Assembly: GCA_964247135.1 (NCBI GenBank)
Contig: CAXTTL010000080.1
Location: 1-18,567 of the forward strand
Origin: an uncultured Deinococcales bacterium
GTDB lineage: Bacteria; Deinococcota; Deinococci; Deinococcales; JAAFIG01
Length of the DNA: 18,567 nucleotides
Direction: 5' to 3'
In this document: positions 8,855 to 17,102 of the stretch, piece after piece
Position numbering within the stretch: position 1 is the first letter of the stretch
Layout of the letters: each line of letters starts with the position of its first letter
Position numbers and translations under genes: made by a program
The notes under the pieces: generated by a model
Databases searched by the model: none
What the model was told of the DNA's origin: nothing
What the model saw: the letters and a program-made list of their open reading frames with translations, nothing else

Positions 8855-8897
8855 GAAAACTCGAGAACAGAATGACCTGCGGTTGAACGGGTTTCGA

Positions 8898-9533
8898 TCA
8901 GCGGCGATTGAACGGGTTTTGAATGCTTTCCATGAATTCTTTGCGGGTTTTGGAATCCTCACGGAAAATGCCGAGCATACTGGTCGTGACGGTGCTCGAT
9001 TGCTGCTTTTCGACGCCGCGCATTGCCATGCACAAATGCTGCCCCTCGAGCACCACACCAACCCCTTGCGGCTCGAGGATTTCCATGATCGCATCGGCAA
9101 TCTGGGTGGTGATGCGCTCCTGAACTTGCAATCGACGTGCGAACAGATCGGTGATGCGGGCGAACTTGCTTAAACCCAAAATCTTGGCGTTTGGAATGTA
9201 ACCGATATGCGCACGACCAAAAAACGGCAGCATGTGATGCTCGCACATCGAATAAAATTCGATGTCTTTAACGATCACCATCTGCGAACCCTCGGCTTGA
9301 AACACCGCATCGTTCGAGACTTCCTCGAGGGTTTTGCGGTAGCCGCTGGTGATAAACTCCCAGGCTTTGGCAACTCGAGTCGGGGTTTTTAAAAGTCCTT
9401 CACGGTCTGGGTCTTCACCGATTGCCTCGAGCCAATCGTGCGTGACGGTGGTGAGTCGTTCTTTGCGGACTGCCGCCAGGCTTTCCTGGGCAATCAATTT
9501 GCCAATTTCTGAGTTTTCGTCTACGTGCATCAT
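8898..9533 (-). CDS. folE: GTP cyclohydrolase I
   Basis: Motifs [39 protein letters not shown]...[10 protein letters not shown] and [17 protein letters not shown] at 9540-9545 places the start at 9533. Confidence 0.97.
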   Translation of the reverse strand: MMHVDENSEIGKLIAQESLAAVRKERLTTVTHDWLEAIGEDPDREGLLKTPTRVAKAWEFITSGYRKTLEEVSNDAVFQAEGSQMVIVKDIEFYSMCEHHMLPFFGRAHIGYIPNAKILGLSKFARITDLFARRLQVQERITTQIADAIMEILEPQGVGVVLEGQHLCMAMRGVEKQQSSTVTTSMLGIFREDSKTRKEFMESIQNPFNRR

Positions 9534-9568
9534 GGTGTACCTCCTGGTTTCTCGAGCAAATCGCCCGT

Positions 9569-10285
9569 TTACAAATTCCAAGCGCCCGCAACCTCGAGCG
9601 TCTGTCCGGTGATGTAATCGCTGGATTCTGATAGGTAAAACAAAACTGCCTGCGCCACCTCGAGCGTCGTACCGAGGCGTTTCATCGGGATTTGCTCGAG
9701 CGGTTGCGAGATACTGTTTTCAATCACGCCAGGCGCGACCACGTTGGCGGTGATGCCGTGTTCGGCTTCGGATTTGGCAATGGCTTTGGTCAGCAGCAAG
9801 ACACCCGTCTTGGCGATCACATACGGTGTGATGGTGGCTCGAGAAACCAGGTTTTGCGCCCCCGCAAACCCAATGTTGACAATGCGCCCAAATTTTTGAT
9901 CTCGCATGATTGGGATGGCGGCGCGACAGGTGTAAAACGTCGCGTTGAGGTTCGTGTTCATCATCGAATGCCATTCAGCAATCTCGAGGTCGGCAACTGG
10001 TTTTCGGATGTAATCGCCAACGTTGTTGACCAATACGCCCAAACCGCCCAAAGCATTCGCGGCATCTTGCACCAATTTTTCTGCCTCGAGCGGCTGGGTG
10101 ACATCGGCTTGCAAGGCAATGGCTTTGACCCCAAGGCTCTCAAGCTCGAGTTTGAAAGCTTCGGCTTCGATTCTGGAATTTCGGTAATGAATCGCAATGT
10201 CATAACCGTTCCGCGCCAACTCGAGCGCAATGCCGCGCCCGATCCCTTTGGCAGAACCCGTGACGAGCGCCGTTTTGAGCTTCAT
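9569..10285 (-). CDS. tmpR: SDR-family pteridine reductase, TmpR-like (bifunctional dihydropteridine/dihydrofolate reductase)
   Basis: [26 protein letters not shown] (YxxxK), ANVVAPGV and the C-terminal LEVAGAWNL closely match the recalled Thermus TmpR; ATGA overlap with the NUDIX stop; adjacent to folE. Confidence 0.8.
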   Translation of the reverse strand: MKLKTALVTGSAKGIGRGIALELARNGYDIAIHYRNSRIEAEAFKLELESLGVKAIALQADVTQPLEAEKLVQDAANALGGLGVLVNNVGDYIRKPVADLEIAEWHSMMNTNLNATFYTCRAAIPIMRDQKFGRIVNIGFAGAQNLVSRATITPYVIAKTGVLLLTKAIAKSEAEHGITANVVAPGVIENSISQPLEQIPMKRLGTTLEVAQAVLFYLSESSDYITGQTLEVAGAWNL

Positions 10286-10737
10286 GCTTGACCTGGGAAG
10301 TGGTGGATTTTGCACCACTCGAGCAGCCGCAGTGTATAAACATTGACAGGATACGCGAATGCTTCCTCGAGCGTGACCCAAGCGAATTCCGCGATTTCTT
10401 CATTCATGATTACAAAGTCTTCTTTGCACCGCGCCACAAACTCGAGGCTGACAAAGTGCATTGGTTTATGGAATTTCGGGTCTTCAATGATTTCGGAATT
10501 GAAAGCAAATTGCAAATCAAAAATCTCGAGTCCGACTTCTTCAAGCATCTCGCGCTTGAGGGCGGTTTCGATGGTTTCACCGTAATCGATTTTGCCGCCA
10601 GGCACGCCCCAAAGCCCGCTCCATTTGTGGGTGCGAACAATCAGGACTTGATTTTTGGGGTTGGCGATCAGCGCCGCCACCGCTGGCAACGGATACATCT
10701 TGTTGGTTGTTGGTGTCACGTCTTGTCCCTTGAACAT
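10282..10737 (-). CDS. NUDIX hydrolase (start could alternatively be the ATG at 10698)
   Basis: Nudix box PGGKIDYGETIETALKREMLEEVGL; translationally coupled to tmpR. Confidence 0.9.
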   Translation of the reverse strand: MFKGQDVTPTTNKMYPLPAVAALIANPKNQVLIVRTHKWSGLWGVPGGKIDYGETIETALKREMLEEVGLEIFDLQFAFNSEIIEDPKFHKPMHFVSLEFVARCKEDFVIMNEEIAEFAWVTLEEAFAYPVNVYTLRLLEWCKIHHFPGQA

Positions 10738-10956
10738 GAATTTTTGAATCGGGCGACTTCGAGTTGATTGGTGCTGGCAATCAACTTGGTAAGTATGCTT
10801 TAGACAGAATCAAAAGCCTGTGATGCGGGATACATCTGAACTGCGTTAATGGCTTATTTCGTAAGCCAAACTGCGATTTGAAACGAGTTAAAAGTGTGCC
10901 ATACTGCTAAATGAGCAACACTCGAGGATGGGGTGGAGACAACAGAATAAGCTCGA

Positions 10957-10998
10957 GAAAAGGGAGGACACAAAAATGTGTCCTCCTGAATTTTTTTT
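10957..10998. terminator. Hairpin with U tails on both strands (candidate bidirectional terminator)
   Basis: Stem GGAGGACACA-aaaa-TGTGTCCTCC (10963-10986), with an A run before it and a T8 run after it. Confidence 0.7.
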
Positions 10999-11016
10999 GA
11001 TTTTTGAGGCTCGAGG

Positions 11017-12375
11017 TTATGCGGTTTTGGGTGTGATCCACGCTTGAACTGTTTCTCGAGTGTCGGAATACGCATCGAATTTTGCTTCCTCAAGCATCCA
11101 ATCTGGAAGGATTTCGAGATCATGTAAAAGGTTGAGCGCGAATCTGCGACATATCAAACATGGATTTTGTTCATATTCCAAGATCAATGGCTCTAACGCT
11201 TCTGAAATACGGTTTTTTTCGTATACGTCACGAATACAATAGCCAACAGCATGAAGCTGTTCAGAGTCTTTGATTTCCAGTGAGACACGGACTATTTTCT
11301 CCGCATCACCCAGAAGATAATTCTGCTCGAACAATCCAACAGCTTCATAACGCAAATCTTGATCTTCGATCAGTTCCAGAGCCAAAGCACGCACTCGAGA
11401 GTCCTGAAAACGCTGTAAGGCAATAACCGAATGCAAACGAATATCGGGATGTTCATGACGAACCAAAAGCAATAAATGCTTGATACTGAACGGGAATTTT
11501 TGCTTGTAAAACGCATACAAATAACTGCGAATCAATTCAGGGTCGGTTTCTTGAATCAAGTCTCGAGCCGCTTGTTTGATTTGAGTTTTTGTTGCTCGTT
11601 GTGACCAGTAACCAATTCCACCACGATAAGGGTTTCGCCGTTGAACCATGTTTTGGAAAGCTCCGTAGGTTGGAGGTGCTGGCTTTTGCCTTGTTTGAGA
11701 AGCAACTGTCTTCTTGGCAAAGAATTTACTGCGTCTTACAAGAACCCGAACATCTTTGTTCACAGCACTTAATTCCTTAACATATTTTTCGAGGTTTGCT
11801 TCACCAAATTGCTTTCCGAACGAATTTAAATACCAATCATCGAGACGAAATTTACGGCTTCTACTGGCAACTTTTCCGTAATGTTCAAGAACAAAAGTCA
11901 AACCAGTTAAGCCATCAAGTTCAATAATTGCATCGTCATGACCAAAAAATTCGTGGCTGTTCTTCTCGTTCGAGACAAAACTTTCATACAACAAATCTCG
12001 AGCTTTTTGACTGCCACGTTTGGCAAACACAAGCAAAAAATCTGTAAATTGATCCTCGAGATGAAGATCAGGTTTATCAGGCAGGATTATGTGGGGTGTT
12101 GCTGGAAATGTTTCAAGAATCGCGTCTTGGAAAAAATCTTCGTCGTGACACAAGTCAATAGCTTCCATCAAATACGGAACGCGACTGCCTTCACATTGCG
12201 CGTCGTATCGGGTATCTTTTAAACAAGTCTCGAGAACAATTTGCTTATACGGCGTTGGATCATGCTTTTTCAAACACAAAATAGCCCGTCCCAAACCTTG
12301 CTCGAGCGCTCGTCTAAATTCTTCGGGGGTCAGTGGTTCTTTGGCGGCACGGATTTCTGGTCGTGCTTGGGGCAT
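11017..12375 (-). CDS. Hypothetical 452-aa, probably helical-repeat (HEAT-like) protein with a C-terminal CxxC
   Basis: Long ORF, visibly more AT-rich than the housekeeping genes; SD AAAGGAG at 12381-12387; motifs YDAQCEGSR and NPCLICRR. Confidence 0.8.
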   Translation of the reverse strand: MPQARPEIRAAKEPLTPEEFRRALEQGLGRAILCLKKHDPTPYKQIVLETCLKDTRYDAQCEGSRVPYLMEAIDLCHDEDFFQDAILETFPATPHIILPDKPDLHLEDQFTDFLLVFAKRGSQKARDLLYESFVSNEKNSHEFFGHDDAIIELDGLTGLTFVLEHYGKVASRSRKFRLDDWYLNSFGKQFGEANLEKYVKELSAVNKDVRVLVRRSKFFAKKTVASQTRQKPAPPTYGAFQNMVQRRNPYRGGIGYWSQRATKTQIKQAARDLIQETDPELIRSYLYAFYKQKFPFSIKHLLLLVRHEHPDIRLHSVIALQRFQDSRVRALALELIEDQDLRYEAVGLFEQNYLLGDAEKIVRVSLEIKDSEQLHAVGYCIRDVYEKNRISEALEPLILEYEQNPCLICRRFALNLLHDLEILPDWMLEEAKFDAYSDTRETVQAWITPKTA

Positions 12376-12497
12376 TGGTGCTCCTTTGTTGTAAGGGCGA
12401 AATGTTGAAAACCAATGCAGTCAGGTAAATCATAGAACCACCTCCAAGCTCGAGTTTAACGTCTTGGGCTTACAAACGCATACGCACTTTGGCAGAT

Positions 12498-13364
12498 TCA
12501 AAAAAAGATTGAAGGATGTTTTCCCTGCAACACGGCTCTGGCTCGAGCTTCACGGCGCACTTGCAAGACCACCACGGTTAACCCGCACAGCAGCACGAAC
12601 CACAAGAATAATTTTGGAACACCCAACACCAAACACAACCCAAGCACCGCCAATTGGGTGCTCAACTCGAGGTTCGCCAGCACTAGCAAGCTGTCGGCTT
12701 CATGATATTCAATTCTGGCGATGGAGCGAAGGTCAGTTCTGGGATATTGACGGTATACGGCTTCAAAACGGCTTTCCGAAAAACTTCTGATCGCCAAATC
12801 TTGCGGTTTGAAAAATCCTGCGTACACACGCTCGAGAAACTTTAAAATGCTTTGGTTTTCTTGGCTGGTGTCTGGACTGGCTCGAAATGGTTCGTTGCGC
12901 TCGAGACGGTAGAGGTATTCCCAGTTGAAATCAAAACTGAGCAGCAGTGTGAAGGTGAAAAACGCCAGAATTGCCATAAGCCAGGCACCAGTAATTGCGC
13001 CCAGACCTGCGAACAAGGCGGCATTCACCACCGTATCGCCTTCGGTATCTAAATAACGTCCAATCTCTGAAATCATGCCGGAGGCTCGAGCGAGTTGACC
13101 GTCGGCGTTATCGAGAACGGTTTTGATCTGAATCAGGATGGCAGGCAGCAGCAATTCACCTCGAGCAATCAAAAAGCCACAAAACACGCCCAAGCAAGTG
13201 TGAAACACCACCAACCAAGTGGGCTGAACTTTTAACGGCAGCAACAACTGCACCACCAAATGCGCGATGGGACGAAAAAAATACTCGCTCGAGAATTCGA
13301 TTCTGGGGCGTGGTTTGAGCGAACGTTGATACACGCTTTTGGAATCGTTGGCGGGTTGGTTCAT
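12498..13364 (-). CDS. CDP-alcohol phosphatidyltransferase family protein
   Basis: Signature DNADGQLAR-x7-GRYLDTEGD and TM helices. Start taken at ATG 13364, 9 nt after a TACAAT -10-like box (13374-13379). Confidence 0.88.
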   Translation of the reverse strand: MNQPANDSKSVYQRSLKPRPRIEFSSEYFFRPIAHLVVQLLLPLKVQPTWLVVFHTCLGVFCGFLIARGELLLPAILIQIKTVLDNADGQLARASGMISEIGRYLDTEGDTVVNAALFAGLGAITGAWLMAILAFFTFTLLLSFDFNWEYLYRLERNEPFRASPDTSQENQSILKFLERVYAGFFKPQDLAIRSFSESRFEAVYRQYPRTDLRSIARIEYHEADSLLVLANLELSTQLAVLGLCLVLGVPKLFLWFVLLCGLTVVVLQVRREARARAVLQGKHPSIFF

Positions 13365-13399
13365 GGGTATGAGATTGTACTGCATCAAGCTTATGGGAA

Positions 13400-13432
13400 G
13401 TGAGATGCAAACTGCAACTTGGGTCGCTCGAG
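13400..13432. repeat. 33-bp direct repeat, copy 1
   Basis: GTGAGATGCAAACTGCAACTTGGGTCGCTCGAG; 30/33 identical to 14061-14093. Confidence 0.85.
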
Positions 13433-13434
13433 GT

Positions 13435-13782
13435 TTACAAACCTTGAATCAACCGAAGTCCATCTTCAACGCGCCGCAACATTTCTGCTGGCAAGACACC
13501 AATGCGAGACTCGAGAAAATCCCGATCTATCGTCACCACCTGCGTCACATTCACCACACTGTCCTGCTCGAGTCCAGCACTAAAAGCTGGAATCAGTACA
13601 TTACCTGGCAGGTCTGCAAGTACCAGATTGGTTGTGATTGAAACGGCAAGCACAGTTGCCAATCTCGAGCGGTTAAATCGGTTGATCTGAATTATCAATA
13701 CTGGACGGTGAAACCCTGGTTCGCTACCGACAGATTCGCGCAGATTAGCCCACCAGATTTCACCACGAGAGATTTCATTCAT
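13435..13782 (-). CDS. mazF: PemK/MazF-family type II toxin (endoribonuclease)
   Basis: RGEIWWANL..VGSEPGFHRPVLIIQ...ITTNL...GLEQDSVVNVTQVVTIDR; 8-bp overlap with the antitoxin stop. Confidence 0.93.
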   Translation of the reverse strand: MNEISRGEIWWANLRESVGSEPGFHRPVLIIQINRFNRSRLATVLAVSITTNLVLADLPGNVLIPAFSAGLEQDSVVNVTQVVTIDRDFLESRIGVLPAEMLRRVEDGLRLIQGL

Positions 13783-14008
13783 GACGCTCGAGGGTCGCAC
13801 GTTGCAATCGTTTCAAACCTGATTCGAGGCGTGTATCCACCCGATCAGCAACACGGTTTATGGCTTCGGTCAGTGGGTCAATCTGGTTTGCCTCGAGAAA
13901 CACTTCGAGCGCTTGGGCATAAACTGCACTTCGGGTCAGACCGCGTTCTTTTGCAAAGCGTTCGGCGGCTTCAAAGACTTCGTTGGGCAGTGAAATGGCG
14001 GTTTTCAT
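13775..14008 (-). CDS. Ribbon-helix-helix antitoxin (ChpI/CopG-like), cognate to the MazF toxin
   Basis: MKTAISLPNEVFEAAERFAKERGLTRSAVYAQALEVFL; lies directly upstream of and overlaps the toxin gene. Confidence 0.9.
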   Translation of the reverse strand: MKTAISLPNEVFEAAERFAKERGLTRSAVYAQALEVFLEANQIDPLTEAINRVADRVDTRLESGLKRLQRATLERHE

Positions 14009-14052
14009 AGCTTGAGTATACCAGGCGTTATACCCGATTTCAACGGTATACT
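14006..14052 (-). promoter_or_regulatory. Leaderless promoter of the TA operon with candidate autorepression boxes
   Basis: TTGAAA (14038-14043), 17-bp spacer, TATACT (14015-14020, preceded by TGG), 6 nt, then ATG. GTATACC / GTTATACC / GGTATAC boxes at 14016, 14027 and 14045. Confidence 0.75.
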
Positions 14053-14060
14053 CGAGTGGG

Positions 14061-14093
14061 GTGAGATGCAAACTGCATCTTGGGTTGATCGAG
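14061..14093. repeat. 33-bp direct repeat, copy 2, with internal palindrome AGATGCA-AAC-TGCATCT
   Basis: GTGAGATGCAAACTGCATCTTGGGTTGATCGAG; 30/33 identical to 13400-13432. Confidence 0.85.
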
Positions 14094-14139
14094 ATTCAAA
14101 TGAAGAGTACTCAATCTCGACTAAATTCATTTAGAAATC

Positions 14140-14709
14140 TTAAGTATGGAATTCGTTCACAGGGATAAACTGACACCCCGTTATTCCAGAAGTCTCGAGG
14201 CTAGATTTCAGAGATTGATGGATTAACACAAAGCAATTAAATTCTGCTATTCGCAGTAAGGGTCGTTGCATATCCATAATCTCTTGTTTTAGTTCTAATT
14301 TTTTAATTTCTGTAATGAACTCAGCATCTTCTGTATCAAAAACAAGTTCTGAACTTTTAAGGTCAATTGATTCATGTTTTTCGAGCAGATGAAATGCCAA
14401 GTAATTTAAATCCAGTTGGACTCTGGACTTGAGATCAAACACGTCTGATGGAATAATTTCAGAATTTACTCCGTGCTGCTCGAGAATATCAAGCATTCGT
14501 TGCGAATACATATCGATACCACTTCCGCAATTGTAATTGTCAAATTTTGGTCCTGAACCATCGATCAAAAATTTGAATCTTTGCGGCTTTTTGGTTAAAG
14601 GCTCTGCCAGCCACCAATGAGGCTCACAGTCACGTAATAATGGTTCTGATCTTGCGAGAAGGGTCTTGTTGCGCCAGCTTCTTAATTCTGCTCGAAATAC
14701 AAAGTACAT
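14140..14709 (-). CDS. Imm11/DUF1629-like immunity-type protein (orphan)
   Basis: Pattern YSQRMLDILE..EIIP...NYLAFHLLEKHESIDLKSS...IKKLEL...PLLRI...VLIHQSLKSSLETSGITGCQFIPV resembles the Imm11 family; AT-rich; SD GAGG before ATG 14709. Confidence 0.65.
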   Translation of the reverse strand: MYFVFRAELRSWRNKTLLARSEPLLRDCEPHWWLAEPLTKKPQRFKFLIDGSGPKFDNYNCGSGIDMYSQRMLDILEQHGVNSEIIPSDVFDLKSRVQLDLNYLAFHLLEKHESIDLKSSELVFDTEDAEFITEIKKLELKQEIMDMQRPLLRIAEFNCFVLIHQSLKSSLETSGITGCQFIPVNEFHT

Positions 14710-14790
14710 ACTAACCTCGTGAAAAAAGTATACGTTTAAAGTCATTTGTTTGAAGCAAGCGAGATACGGAAATTACCTTCATCTCGAGCC

Positions 14791-14821
14791 AAAAAAAGCG
14801 TGAAGGGTTTCCCCTTCACGC
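14791..14821 (-). terminator. Intrinsic terminator of groESL
   Basis: 10-bp stem GCGTGAAGGG / CCCTTCACGC with a GAAA loop and a U7 tail on the - strand. Confidence 0.9.
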
Positions 14822-14844
14822 CGTACCCCGAAGTTTTTCGAGGT

Positions 14845-16542
<1,698 letters not shown>

Positions 16543-16573
16543 TTAAATTCTAAGCTGCGAAGCTCGAGAAGGT

Positions 16574-16873
16574 TTAACCGATGACTGCGAGGATGTCACG
16601 TTCGGAAAGAATGGTGTAATCCACGCCTTCGACGTTGACTTCGGTGCCACCGTATTTGGCAAAGTACACCACGTCGCCAACTTTGACTTCGACAGCAACT
16701 TTGCTGCCACTGTCCAAAGTACGTCCTGATCCAACAGCCACAACTTTGCCGCGTTGGCTTTTTTCTTTGGCGGTGTCGGGAATGAACAACCCGCCTTTGG
16801 TCTTCTGTTCAGTTTCTTCGACGACTTCGATCACGATGCGATCACCAAGGGGCTTTAATGCGTGCTTCGCCAT
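16574..16873 (-). CDS. groS: Co-chaperonin GroES
   Basis: [41 protein letters not shown] at 16878-16883. Confidence 0.99.
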   Translation of the reverse strand: MAKHALKPLGDRIVIEVVEETEQKTKGGLFIPDTAKEKSQRGKVVAVGSGRTLDSGSKVAVEVKVGDVVYFAKYGGTEVNVEGVDYTILSERDILAVIG

Positions 16874-16904
16874 AATTCCTCCTAAAAGAATATTGGTATT
16901 GGTT

Positions 16905-16931
16905 TTGGCAGTCTCGAGTCTCGAGTGCCAA
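16905..16931 (-). promoter_or_regulatory. CIRCE element (HrcA operator)
   Basis: TTGGCACTC-N9-GACTGCCAA on the - strand versus consensus TTAGCACTC-N9-GAGTGCTAA; lies between the promoter and groES. Confidence 0.88.
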
Positions 16932-16941
16932 TTCGCTTCAG

Positions 16942-16971
16942 AGTATACGTTGCTTGTCAGCTTTGAGTCAA
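16942..16971 (-). promoter_or_regulatory. Sigma70-type groESL promoter
   Basis: TTGACT (16966-16971), 18-bp spacer, TATACT (16942-16947). Confidence 0.8.
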
Positions 16972-16987
16972 GCTGATGCGCAGCAGA

Positions 16988-17008
16988 TATGAGTGTAATG
17001 TGCTCAAG
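16988..17008. promoter_or_regulatory. HAIR-like element (HspR operator)
   Basis: TATGAGT-N7-GCTCAAG versus consensus CTTGAGT-N7-ACTCAAG (11/14 match), just upstream of the -35. Confidence 0.6.
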
Positions 17009-17102
17009 TTGACGGCTCGAGCGACAAACTAAACTCGGAGGGCAGCGGTTATGAAAAAACCACTCTCTAGGCTTCTCGAGTCTCAGGTTAATTCCCTAAA
17101 AA

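Noticed and set aside
9534-9581. Longer ORF-track N-termini for folE (9581), tmpR (10381), toxin (13800), antitoxin (14071), Imm11-like (14745) and yqfB-like (4239)
   Set aside because: The extensions overlap neighbouring genes or promoters. SD sequences, start/stop overlaps or -10 boxes support the shorter starts.
10854-11123. 89-aa - strand ORF
   Set aside because: It overlaps the 3' end of the 452-aa gene, reads through a terminator hairpin and has no SD or motif.
13400-14093. Repeat pair as a CRISPR array or integron attC array
   Set aside because: Only two copies, 661 bp apart with whole genes between them; no cas or intI gene in the window, and no clear RYYYAAC...GTTRRRY attC ends.
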